NCBI GenBank assembly: GCA_963664215.1 | Contig: OY761015.1 | DNA: 64,000 nt | Source: Candidatus Poribacteria bacterium | Lineage (GTDB): Bacteria > Poribacteria > WGA-4E > WGA-3G | Strand: one strand, 5' to 3' | In this document: positions 9,350-18,404 of the stretch, piece after piece | Numbering within the stretch: position 1 is the first letter of the stretch | Layout: each line of letters starts with the position of its first letter | Position numbers and translations under genes: made by a program | Notes under the pieces: model-generated | Databases searched by the model: none | What the model saw: only the letters and a program-made list of their open reading frames with translations | What the model was told of the DNA's origin: nothing

Positions 9350-9372
9350 CCGCAAGGAATAATTAAAAAATG
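9350..9372 (+). promoter_or_regulatory. conserved leader motif CCGCAAGGAATAATTAAAAAATG ending on start codon
   Basis: Near-identical 23-mer also at 12319-12362 (two tandem copies), 46739-46761, 42609-42631; variants at 30993-31011, 55534-55557(-), 49914-49938(-), 32380-32416. Confidence 0.6.
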
Positions 9373-10818
9373 CGAAAAAAAATAACACGGTTTAGCACAC
9401 CTCACCGCTTGGTGTTTATCGTGCCCCTTCTTTTGGTCATGATACTCGGACTCGGATGTGATAACCAGTATCACGATGAACGCCTGAAGATGCAGGTACA
9501 GCAGTTAGACAGCGACCTGAAAGATCGCTGGTCAACCAGCGGTGTCGTTGTTTTGAGTACCACACCAAACGGACCCGCAGATAGAGCACAACTTGAGACC
9601 GGTGAGCTCATCTCTTATGTCATCGCAGAATATCCTGTCCGAAGTACCGGAGATTTTAACAGCGCCATGAAACAGGCAGTTGATGAGGATAATAACTTCG
9701 TCCTCTACTTGAAGGATAAACCGCCGCTCCGTATCGCGCTCCGAAGACGAGGGGATAAGGTGGGATTGAGTGTTGAAGGAAACGGCACCGTACGGGTCAA
9801 ACAGATTCAACCCGGCACTCCCGCCGCGAATGCTGATATTCAGGTAGGCGACATTATTGAGAAGATTGTTGATGAGCGCAAAATTTATAGCCTTGATGAC
9901 TATAAGGATACGCTTGGAAAACTCTCTGAGAAGCAAGTCACCTTCCGTACCTCTGAATTAATAGGTGTGAAGATTGCTGCTGTGAATGCGCTTGGCGATT
10001 TAGGGGATATCCGGGCAATTCAACCGCTCGTGGACCTCTTCAAAAATAGCACTGAGTTCTCGCTTCGAAAAGGGGCAATTAGTAGTCTGCAACGCCTTGT
10101 GGAATTGAGCGTCCTCAACGAGCTTTTCCAGCAGTTTCAGAGTGCTGATGTGAATCAGCTCCCAGCCGATAGCCTCCAGCCACAGCAGTTGGAGCCCGCG
10201 GCAATCCTCGGATTGCTTACTGTAGACAGGACCGAGAATACCGCTACGCTCAAAGCACCTTTCGGAACGCAATTCAGACACAGATCCGAGGCACTTTATC
10301 AGAAAATTAACGAAGGACAACTTGCTGAACTTGCCCAAGAATATATCCAGATCGAAGTAGAACCGGAGCAGGAGATTCGACGCGCGTGCTTGGCTATACT
10401 CGGAATTCTCAAACCAGTTTCTGCGATTGATGCACTCGTCGCTGTCCTGGAAAACCCAACAGAGATCCCCGGAATTCGCTTCCAAGCAGGGTTAGCGCTC
10501 AGTCAGATTGGTGAACCCGCTGTTGATGCGCTTATCGCCGCATTTGAAAAGGGAGATACCAGCACGCAGGACATTGCCGCTTCTGCACTCGGAGGCATTG
10601 GGGGGGCTAAGGCGCGTGATCGGTTGATTAATGCTTTGGAAAGTAGCACTGAGTCGGCGATTCAACTCACACTTGTCGATGCGATCGCAAAAATCGGCGA
10701 TGCACCCTCTATCCAGGCATTGGAACGCCAGCTTCAGCGGTCCCAGCAGGATGATGACAGCGGAGTCCGCATCTTTCTGGACGAGGTTTTCAGGAGTTTG
10801 GCATTTTCTAACGATTGA
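9370..10818 (+). CDS. membrane-anchored PDZ domain plus HEAT-repeat protein
   Basis: 482 aa; N-terminal TM; PDZ-like segment GTPAANADIQVGDIIEKI; multiple HEAT repeats. Confidence 0.55.
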   Translation: MRKKITRFSTPHRLVFIVPLLLVMILGLGCDNQYHDERLKMQVQQLDSDLKDRWSTSGVVVLSTTPNGPADRAQLETGELISYVIAEYPVRSTGDFNSAMKQAVDEDNNFVLYLKDKPPLRIALRRRGDKVGLSVEGNGTVRVKQIQPGTPAANADIQVGDIIEKIVDERKIYSLDDYKDTLGKLSEKQVTFRTSELIGVKIAAVNALGDLGDIRAIQPLVDLFKNSTEFSLRKGAISSLQRLVELSVLNELFQQFQSADVNQLPADSLQPQQLEPAAILGLLTVDRTENTATLKAPFGTQFRHRSEALYQKINEGQLAELAQEYIQIEVEPEQEIRRACLAILGILKPVSAIDALVAVLENPTEIPGIRFQAGLALSQIGEPAVDALIAAFEKGDTSTQDIAASALGGIGGAKARDRLINALESSTESAIQLTLVDAIAKIGDAPSIQALERQLQRSQQDDDSGVRIFLDEVFRSLAFSND

Positions 10819-10895
10819 ATCTGAACTGCTACGTCTGTTGTCTTTGCAGTATTTCAATCGTTCAAAATCTCTCATCATTGACAGACGGTTGGATC

Positions 10896-10977
10896 TAACC
10901 GAGAACCACCGTGAAACATTGTCCCGCAGGGCTCCTTGATAGGCTTGCACAGGGAACGGTGCCCAGATTCCCATAGC
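10896..10977. repeat. ~78 nt conserved intergenic element, family E copy 1
   Basis: TAACCGAgAACC...GTGAAACATTGTCC...AGGCTTGCACAGGGAACgGtGCCCAGATTCCCATAG; second copy at 29938-30015 with 33/36 identity in the 3' half. Confidence 0.8.
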
Positions 10978-11003
10978 TAAAAAAAACGGGTCGTGGGCTG
11001 CTA

Positions 11004-11840
11004 ATGAAGATTGGACTCATTTCAGACTTGCACACGGACATTACGCCTTGGAATAAGGCACTTGTCCCACATCTTATTGATGCCGTTAGTGCCGCAGAGC
11101 TTGATGTTTTCGTACTCGCAGGAGATCTCGCGCGACATTTAGTTCATCTTTCTGAAACGCTGAATGCCTTTCATCTTGCGGATCTGGCGTGTGAGAAATT
11201 GTTCGTTCCCGGTAACCACGACATTTGGGCTATTGAGACCGTTAACGTTACAAGTGAACAGAAGTGTGGGATTATTTCGGAACTCTGTCATGCCTGCGGA
11301 TTTCATCCGTTGATGGACGAACCCTTTATCACGGAAAAAGTCGGTTTCTGTGGGACTATCGGCTGGTACGATTATAGTTTTGCCCCAGACGGATACAATT
11401 TTTCCGACGATCAATATGCCGAAAAGGAATTGACGGGAGCCGTCTGGAACGATAAGCGATACGCTAAATGGGGTGATACCGATCCGGTTATTGCCCGACG
11501 TTTTGAAGCGGATCTTGAGAGGCAGATTGCCTCTATTCAGAGGGATGTATCTCGGATCGTTGTCGTTACACATCATGTTCCGTTTCGAGAGTGTATCCGA
11601 TACCGCGGTGAGTTGCCATGGGATTATTTTCGAGCATTCATGGGCAGCAAACATCTCGGGGCACAATGCTTACAGGAGTCTCTCGTCACGCATGCACTCT
11701 TCGGGCATGTACATCATGCAGTTGATATGCAAGTTCGCAGTGTACGGGCTATTTCTGCTCCTGTCGGTTATCTTCAGGAAGAACCTACCGTCGGATTGCA
11801 GACGTATGCCGCAGAATGTTTGACGTGTTTCAAGGTATAA
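11004..11840 (+). CDS. calcineurin-like metallophosphoesterase
   Basis: 278 aa; DLH, GDL, GNHD phosphoesterase motifs. Confidence 0.65.
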   Translation: MKIGLISDLHTDITPWNKALVPHLIDAVSAAELDVFVLAGDLARHLVHLSETLNAFHLADLACEKLFVPGNHDIWAIETVNVTSEQKCGIISELCHACGFHPLMDEPFITEKVGFCGTIGWYDYSFAPDGYNFSDDQYAEKELTGAVWNDKRYAKWGDTDPVIARRFEADLERQIASIQRDVSRIVVVTHHVPFRECIRYRGELPWDYFRAFMGSKHLGAQCLQESLVTHALFGHVHHAVDMQVRSVRAISAPVGYLQEEPTVGLQTYAAECLTCFKV

Positions 11841-11870
11841 TTGAATTTAAAGGATAGAAAGGAAAACACT

Positions 11871-12230
11871 ATGGATGTAACTTTAACGAACAGTAACGAT
11901 GCAGGGGCTCTTGAATTTCCGTGGGGCGCGATTAAGTGGCTCTGTAACGATCAGATTGATCCAGAAGCTGAGATGACATTTGGTGTCGTCTATATTAACG
12001 CCGGTGAAGGCAACCCTACCCACTATCATCCGAACTGTGAGGAGCTGATCTATGTGCTCTCAGGTGAATGCGATCACAGATTGGGAGATGAGGTGATCCC
12101 GCTCAGACCGGGTATGATGCTACGTATTCCGCGTAATGTCAAACACAATGCCGTCAACACCGGTTGGCAACCCGTAACGATGATTATCTGTTATTCGGAT
12201 GCCGATCGGCAAACCATTTTTGAAGAATAG
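11871..12230 (+). CDS. cupin domain protein
   Basis: ATG at 11871 preceded by GAAAGGAAAA RBS (track ORF starts at 11841 immediately after the upstream stop, unlikely); conserved HYHPNCEELIYVLSG and NVKHNAVN cupin motifs. Confidence 0.6.
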   Translation: MDVTLTNSNDAGALEFPWGAIKWLCNDQIDPEAEMTFGVVYINAGEGNPTHYHPNCEELIYVLSGECDHRLGDEVIPLRPGMMLRIPRNVKHNAVNTGWQPVTMIICYSDADRQTIFEE

Positions 12231-12241
12231 AAGCGATTCTT

Positions 12242-12300
12242 CTGTAGGAGGGAACTCCGATTCCCGATCGCTTCTGTAGGAGGGATTTTTAATCCCGACC
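12242..12300. repeat. family A hairpin repeats (two tandem copies, second with GGGAT-TTTTA-ATCCC stem variant)
   Basis: CTGTAGGAGGGAACTCCGATTCCCGAT and CTGTAGGAGGGATTTTTAATCCCGACC; compensatory stem change supports hairpin function. Confidence 0.75.
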
Positions 12301-12359
12301 CTATCCTACTCCATTTAACCGCAAGGAAAAATTAAAAAACCGCAAGGTATCATTAAAAA

Positions 12360-13073
12360 ATGTCTACAGAATCTCGTTGCAGTGTTAAAATCTGCGGTAT
12401 CACCTCTATCCATGATGCTCAACTTGCTGCCGATGCAGGCGCGGATTACATCGGGGTATTGGTGGATGTTGCCGTATCCGAACGGACACGCTCCGCGACG
12501 CAAGCCGCTGAAATTGCCAGCAAGAGTCCTATTCCTACCGTCATTCTACTCTATAACCGTTCAACATCTGACATCCAAGAAATCATCTCACAGGTCCAAC
12601 CTTTTGCCGTTCAACTCCTTGGCCAGGAACCTCCGCAACAAGTTGAGGCACTTAAACGCGAAGGCGCATGTCAATTTTGGAAATCGGTGTATTTGCCGGC
12701 GGGAAGTCCTAAAAATGTGGACATACCGGCTGTTCAGGAGGAGATGCAGGCATATTGGAAGGCGGGCGCGGATTTCCTGCTATTTGATAGCGTGGATATG
12801 AGCCTTGAAAAACCGAGATACGGCGGCACCGGAAAAACCTGTGATTGGAATGTTGCTGCTGGACTCATTACGAGGAGTCCACTGCCGGTTTTCTTCGCAG
12901 GTGGGATTCGTCCAGAGAACGTCAAAGCCGCGATTGAGACAATTCAGCCACACGGTATCGACCTCTGCTCCGGTGTCGAGGCATCAAAGGGTATCAAAGA
13001 TCCGAGCAAATTGGAACGACTTATGGCACAGGTTGAGCAGGCTGACAAAAAGCAGAGAAATTATTCACAATAA
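12360..13073 (+). CDS. trpF: phosphoribosylanthranilate isomerase
   Basis: 237 aa; KICGITSIHDAQLAADAGADYIGVL and C-terminal FAGGIRPENV motifs of TrpF; no other trp genes adjacent. Confidence 0.85.
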   Translation: MSTESRCSVKICGITSIHDAQLAADAGADYIGVLVDVAVSERTRSATQAAEIASKSPIPTVILLYNRSTSDIQEIISQVQPFAVQLLGQEPPQQVEALKREGACQFWKSVYLPAGSPKNVDIPAVQEEMQAYWKAGADFLLFDSVDMSLEKPRYGGTGKTCDWNVAAGLITRSPLPVFFAGGIRPENVKAAIETIQPHGIDLCSGVEASKGIKDPSKLERLMAQVEQADKKQRNYSQ

Positions 13074-13163
13074 TTGTTGACAAAATATTGCTGTAATTAC
13101 ATTATGAAATACTTTTAGGGCAAGACTTTTGTGTTCCTGCCTTATCACCTATAGGAGGTCTTT

Positions 13164-13895
13164 ATGAACGATCGTTTTGTTCAGACTTTTAGCAATCTTC
13201 TTCGGTTGGTTCCCATTGTAGCACTTGTTTGTGGGCTGTCTATTCTCGGATTTTCTACCGCCTTCGCGGATAGTCATGAAACTGAGGGTGAAGCGGCGGA
13301 AGAAAAACCGAAGATTACAGGTTGGTTCCAGATTGATGTCGATAGTTTAGGCACCTATTTTTTAGTTGGGGCGAGCCATCCGCTCAGCGGTGGCATCTCA
13401 TTTGATTCTAATATCTATGTTAATGATCATTTGGGCGAGTTTGATATGGGCGTTTCGTTCCCTGTTATCGCGAATGACAGCATGGCACTGCTGCTAACAC
13501 CAATGCTCGGTGTCGGGTTTGATTATACCACGGCAGATGGTCCCTATGCCTTATACCCACAAATCTTTGCGATTCTACCTGCTGGTAAAATCTTCGGCTT
13601 CCATTGGACAATCAGCACGGTCAAGACCCTATTTGATACCGAAAGCCTCAATGAAGTCTACAATCGAACTTATTTCACCTATGCTCTTAATGATATTGTC
13701 GCTGTCGGTCCGCAGTTTGAATCCGTACTCGGTCTCGGTGATGGTGGTGGACTGTGGGCTCTCAATTTCGGGGGGCGAGTGAATATCGGATATGGCGAGA
13801 ATAACACACTCGGTATATACGTTGGGTATGAAACTAAAAAGGGTGAAGGTGAAACCGGACTTACCGGTAGGATGAATTTTACGCGTAGATGGTAA
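13164..13895 (+). CDS. putative small outer-membrane beta-barrel protein (paralog of 15748-16467)
   Basis: 243 aa; signal peptide; alternating hydrophobic beta-strand pattern; C-terminal GRMNFTRRW ending in aromatic residue as in OMP beta-barrels. Confidence 0.4.
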   Translation: MNDRFVQTFSNLLRLVPIVALVCGLSILGFSTAFADSHETEGEAAEEKPKITGWFQIDVDSLGTYFLVGASHPLSGGISFDSNIYVNDHLGEFDMGVSFPVIANDSMALLLTPMLGVGFDYTTADGPYALYPQIFAILPAGKIFGFHWTISTVKTLFDTESLNEVYNRTYFTYALNDIVAVGPQFESVLGLGDGGGLWALNFGGRVNIGYGENNTLGIYVGYETKKGEGETGLTGRMNFTRRW

Positions 13896-13948
13896 GACAA
13901 ATTTAAGCAGGGCGCGGTTACAAACCGCGCCTATATCCCAATTCCTTT

Positions 13949-15355
13949 CTATTCCAACAGATACACATGAATTGTCCTATCTTTGGCACGCGAGAAGGCA
14001 GAAAACGTTTCCACAAGATGTCCGCGTTGACGGATCCAGTTGCGAACTTTCACATCAGCATCAAAGACATTAAAACTCGCTACATCCACCAGAAACCATA
14101 ACCGTTCTCTTCCAGAGGTTTCCCACTCCCTTTCAAATGTATCCGAATCCTCTAATAACCCGCCGATGTAGATGGATGTTAATTCTGGAAGATAATACTT
14201 GCCCATCTCAGGTTCTGAAAGTACCACTTTGTCGGTGGGCTTCTTCTCTGTTTGTACGACTTCAAATGCCTCCCGCCATTTCGGTCTTCCACCATTTTCG
14301 ATTTTGAAATAGAGATAATCTTGCGACAGGAGTGTCACCAGAAGTACGCACGGCACGAGTATGCCGAGCGTGTTTCCTGATTTCGTCTCTATTACTTCCG
14401 AGACCCGTTCACATGCAACACCTGCGAGGATAAAGTAGGCAGGTGTTGTCCAAAATAGGTAATAACCAGCGACATTTTGGAGTTGCGATGCGATCAGAAA
14501 AAGAATTAACGGGACACCCGCATAACAGAGTAGGAAAAGCGTGGCTCTATTGAATCGCATCGCGATGGGCGCGAAAAAGGCGGTAACAGCGACTGGAATA
14601 CTCACACCTTGGACGAGTGTTAGCACGATGTAGACTGGACTCCGTTGCCATACGTTACGTCCCCATCCGGAGAAGAGGTAACCTCGAACTTGTGGAAGTG
14701 CAAGCGTAAGCACCGGCATCGCGAACGGGATGAAAAAGATGAGTAGATTCAACCAACGCTTTCTGTTGGAGTTTTTGAATAGGCACATCACAGCGTACAC
14801 CGCTAAAGCCGGAACAATCACAACGGCGAGGGTATGCGAAAGAATTAAACAGAGACAGGCGACGAGCGCGCCTATCATCAAAAGTGTTGAATCGCGTTCG
14901 AGAGATGTATAGAAGAACCACGCCGTTAGGACAGCGAAGAAAAAGGTAAAGACCGGATAGCGCGCGTTTTGTGCCCAAAACAGATGCCAACTTGAGCATG
15001 CCACAAATGCACTACTCAGGATTCCGATCCGCCAATTAAAGAGTGTGCGTCCGAACCCAAAGACCACGGGGATTGAGACGATCCCAATTAGGCTTGGAAT
15101 GAATCGACTTCCCCATTCACTACTGCCAGCCAGCAAGATTGATAGTTTTACTGCCAGATAGGGAATCGGATTTGGGATGACTTGCCAGCTGTCGAATGAA
15201 AGGTTTTGGGCGTCCCGAACAGTGAAAACCTCATCGATCCAGAAACTCCAGTGCCCCAAGTTCCAAAATCGGAGTATTGCCCCGAACACCACAACGACAC
15301 TCAAAAGTGCCATTTGCATCTTTTTTGGGCAATCTTTTGTTGAAAATTTCAGCAT
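13949..15355 (-). CDS. glycosyltransferase family 39 (ArnT/PMT-like) membrane protein
   Basis: 468 aa; ~12 TM; N-terminal FWxxDE-type motif (HWSFWIDEVF) characteristic of GT-C/ArnT/PMT. Confidence 0.65.
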   Translation of the reverse strand: MLKFSTKDCPKKMQMALLSVVVVFGAILRFWNLGHWSFWIDEVFTVRDAQNLSFDSWQVIPNPIPYLAVKLSILLAGSSEWGSRFIPSLIGIVSIPVVFGFGRTLFNWRIGILSSAFVACSSWHLFWAQNARYPVFTFFFAVLTAWFFYTSLERDSTLLMIGALVACLCLILSHTLAVVIVPALAVYAVMCLFKNSNRKRWLNLLIFFIPFAMPVLTLALPQVRGYLFSGWGRNVWQRSPVYIVLTLVQGVSIPVAVTAFFAPIAMRFNRATLFLLCYAGVPLILFLIASQLQNVAGYYLFWTTPAYFILAGVACERVSEVIETKSGNTLGILVPCVLLVTLLSQDYLYFKIENGGRPKWREAFEVVQTEKKPTDKVVLSEPEMGKYYLPELTSIYIGGLLEDSDTFEREWETSGRERLWFLVDVASFNVFDADVKVRNWIRQRGHLVETFSAFSRAKDRTIHVYLLE

Positions 15356-15359
15356 TTTT

Positions 15360-15445
15360 TTAGAGTTATCGGTTATCAGTTATCGGTTATCAGTTTTAAA
15401 AATTGTCCGCCATTCGGTATCGGTTATCGGTTAAAGGCTTGTAAT
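15360..15445. repeat. tandem TATCGGTTATCAGTTA-type short repeats (family F, reverse orientation)
   Basis: TCGGTTATCAGTTATCGGTTATCAG...TATCGGTTATCGGTTA; reverse complement of the GATAACTGA units found upstream of both amt genes. Confidence 0.65.
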
Positions 15446-15747
15446 GTTTACATTACTGACAACTGAAAGTGAGCGTAGCGAACGCTCGGACAACCGATAA
15501 CTGGTAATTGGCACGCGTTTTGCTTTAAATGAAAACAGGTGCAGAGTAAGCACTGGTGAAAGCCTACTTTTATCGAAGAAGTGTCGAGAAGGACAGGCAA
15601 AATCACTATATCACAAATTTATGCTCAAGTCAAGCGGTCTCGTTCTCCATGAAAGCCGCAGATTACATTATCGCACCGTGATTGTAGGTTACTCAAATTT
15701 TATATAACCCTATAGGTGCGCTTTGGAAGCGCATGAAGGAGATTTAA

Positions 15748-16467
15748 ATGAAAACGCATATGTTCTGGTTGGTTCGTTTGTTAGTAATGGTTTGTATTTT
15801 CGCAGTTGGTAGTATCCCTATGGCTTATGCAGACGCGCATGAAGCCGGTGAAGAGATGGCGGAAGAAGAGGAGTCATCAGGGGTTTCCGGATGGTTCCGT
15901 ACCGATACAGATAGCTTAGGAACACAGATCTGGGTGGGTGCTAGCCATTCCCCGAGTTTCCTCGGTGGTCTTTCTCTGGATACCGATATTTACGTCGTTG
16001 GAACGTTCGGTGAATTAGACCTCGGACTCGGCATTCCAGTCGTCGATAGCGATTCACTGTCTCTCAGTTTCCTTCCGATGGTAGGTATCGGGTTCGATTA
16101 CGCCGCCGCAGACGGTCCATCTTCTCTGATTGCTCCACAATTATTCACGTATCTCACCGCTGGATCCATCTATTTTGAATCATGGATACAGGGGTTCTTG
16201 AATTCCATGTTTGATTATGGTGACGATTCCTTTTACACACGTAATTTTGTCCTCTATTCGCTGAATGATACCGTTGCTATCGGCCCTCAAGTAGAAGTGA
16301 CCTTTGATTTGACCGCAGGCGAAATCAGTAGTATAGCACCGGGTCTCCGTGCCAATGTCGGCTATGGCGAAAATAATACGCTCGGCGTCTTTGTTGGATT
16401 TGAGACCCAAAAAGGTGACGATGAAACAGGGATTACCGGCAGAATGACTTTCGTTCGTTCTTGGTAA
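15748..16467 (+). CDS. putative small outer-membrane beta-barrel protein (paralog of 13164-13895)
   Basis: 239 aa; signal peptide; shared motifs DxDSLGTxxxVGASH, NVGYGENNTLGxFVGxETxKGxxETGxTGRMxFxRxW. Confidence 0.4.
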   Translation: MKTHMFWLVRLLVMVCIFAVGSIPMAYADAHEAGEEMAEEEESSGVSGWFRTDTDSLGTQIWVGASHSPSFLGGLSLDTDIYVVGTFGELDLGLGIPVVDSDSLSLSFLPMVGIGFDYAAADGPSSLIAPQLFTYLTAGSIYFESWIQGFLNSMFDYGDDSFYTRNFVLYSLNDTVAIGPQVEVTFDLTAGEISSIAPGLRANVGYGENNTLGVFVGFETQKGDDETGITGRMTFVRSW

Positions 16468-16536
16468 AGATGGAAATTATCAGTTGTTAGTTATAAGTTA
16501 TGCGTAACAAGAGGTGTTTGATGTATCAGTCCCTCT

Positions 16537-16577
16537 TCACTGACTGCTGACAACTGATAACTGACTGCTCTTCTATA
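16537..16577. repeat. family F repeat (CTGACTGCTGACAACTGATAACTGACTGCTCTTC) in amt 5' region
   Basis: Related copies at 18352-18392 and 36650-36700. Confidence 0.6.
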
Positions 16578-16592
16578 AGGAGATAAGTTCAA

Positions 16593-17930
16593 ATGAAAAG
16601 TAAGGTTATCATAATAGTTTTCGCACTCACTTGCCTACTCAGCCTGAATGCTTTCGCCTTAAACGGATCCATCGAGGGTGAGAAAGTTTCTGATGCAAAG
16701 TATATGGCTGACACATTGTGGGTGCTTCTCGCTGCATTTCTGGTTTTCTTTATGCAGGCAGGGTTCGCTATGGTTGAGTCTGGATTCACGCGCGCCAAGA
16801 ACGCTGTCAATATTCTGATGAAAAACCTGCTGGACTTCTCGATGGGGTCGATCGCGTATTGGGCAATCGGTTTTGCCATTATGTTTGGAACCGGTAGCGC
16901 ATTCATGGGATTGAGTGGTTGGTTTGTTCCCTCTGATTCCACCGCTTTTGCTTCATTAGAATGGAGTTCAGTCCCAACACACGCCGCATGGCTCTTCCAG
17001 TTGGTATTTGCGGCGACTGCCGCGACGATCGTTTCTGGTGCCATGGCAGAACGTACACAGTTCAAAAGTTATCTGATTTACAGCGTCTTCATTACTGGTA
17101 TCATCTACCCTATTGTTGGACACTGGATTTGGGGCGGTGGGTGGTTATCAAGCATGGGTATGTCGGATTTCGCGGGTTCAACCGTGGTCCACTCAACGGG
17201 TGGCTGGCTCGCACTGACAGGTGCTATCGTTTTGGGTCCCCGTCTTGGTAAATACGATAACGATGGAAATCCACGACCGATTGCTGGGCACAATCTTCCG
17301 CTTGCCGCACTTGGCGTCTTTATCTTGTGGCTCGGTTGGTTCGGGTTTAACCCCGGTAGCCAAATGGGTGCAGATGCCGCAGATATTTCCAGTATTGCCG
17401 TAACGACGAACCTCGCCGCCGCCGCAGGTGCTATTCTGGCTATGATTACCGCATGGATATTCCTCGGTAAACCCGATGCCGGTATGTCACTTAACGGGGC
17501 ACTCGCAGGCTTAGTCGCTATCACCGCGGGTTGTGCATCTGTCAGCCCAGTGTCCGCCGCAATCATCGGTGCACTCGGTGGTATTGTTGTTGTCCTCAGT
17601 GTTCTGTTCTTTGAAAAACTTCGCATTGATGATCCAGTCGGTGCCATCTCTGTCCACGGGACCTGTGGTGCCTTAGGTACTATTCTCCTCGGGTTTTTCG
17701 ACAGTGAAAGTGGCGTTTTCTTTGGGGGAGGGTTTGGACTGCTCTGGGCACAAATCGTTGGTGTCGTCGCTGTTCTCGTATGGTGTCTCGTTACTGGCTT
17801 TATTCTCTTCTATGGAATCAAGGCTGTTACGGGCTTGCGAGTCAGTGAAGAGGAAGAGCAGGCAGGACTCGACTTCGGAGAACACGGTGCAAGTGCTTAT
17901 CCTGACTTTAATGTTTCCTCAATACGTTAG
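16593..17930 (+). CDS. amt: ammonium transporter (Amt/MEP family)
   Basis: 445 aa; signal peptide; DFAGGTVVH signature; 11 TM. Confidence 0.9.
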   Translation: MKSKVIIIVFALTCLLSLNAFALNGSIEGEKVSDAKYMADTLWVLLAAFLVFFMQAGFAMVESGFTRAKNAVNILMKNLLDFSMGSIAYWAIGFAIMFGTGSAFMGLSGWFVPSDSTAFASLEWSSVPTHAAWLFQLVFAATAATIVSGAMAERTQFKSYLIYSVFITGIIYPIVGHWIWGGGWLSSMGMSDFAGSTVVHSTGGWLALTGAIVLGPRLGKYDNDGNPRPIAGHNLPLAALGVFILWLGWFGFNPGSQMGADAADISSIAVTTNLAAAAGAILAMITAWIFLGKPDAGMSLNGALAGLVAITAGCASVSPVSAAIIGALGGIVVVLSVLFFEKLRIDDPVGAISVHGTCGALGTILLGFFDSESGVFFGGGFGLLWAQIVGVVAVLVWCLVTGFILFYGIKAVTGLRVSEEEEQAGLDFGEHGASAYPDFNVSSIR

Positions 17931-17987
17931 ACCTGGTTCAATATAGTCTTCGGTCCAAATAGGATCGAGACGAAAAAAACCGAATAG

Positions 17988-18058
17988 GAACGTCCACACG
18001 AAGTTTCACTTTTATCCCTGAGTTTTACTTCATGTTTCGTGGACGTTCCACTTTTTTT
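17988..18058 (+). terminator. long imperfect hairpin followed by T-run (intrinsic terminator after amt-1)
   Basis: GGAACGTCCACACGAA ...loop... TTCGTGGACGTTCC then CACTTTTTTTC. Confidence 0.55.
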
Positions 18059-18351
18059 CTTACTGCCACTTGCTCCTTTTTAACTGAAATATCTTCAGTC
18101 GAAATTAACTCTTGATACTATTGTGATATTCTGCTAAAATGCTGAATCAATATCTTCTGGAATTAGACTCGCTTTCAGGAAACGGTTAGAAAAGGTTAGT
18201 AGGACACAAGTACCTGTCCCTACAAAAATTGTGAAGAGGTAGACGAAGCGGTCTACCCTTACGGAATAACAGAACAAGCAATATCTGCTGAACGGCTATT
18301 GGTATCGGAAATCAGCACTTAAAGAGAAACCCGGTTTAACAGAACCTCTTC

Positions 18352-18392
18352 TTAACTGACTGCCGACTGCCGACTGCCGACAACTATTAACA
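18352..18392. repeat. family F repeat with CGACTGC x3 upstream of second amt
   Basis: TTAACAGAACCTCTTCTTAACTGACTGCCGACTGCCGACTGCCGACAACTA. Confidence 0.6.
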
Positions 18393-18404
18393 TGGAGGAT
18401 ACAG

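Noticed and set aside
10492-10974. 160 aa minus-strand ORF overlapping the end of the PDZ/HEAT gene and family E element
   Set aside because: Antisense to a well-supported CDS; no RBS or motif; start lies inside the conserved repeat.
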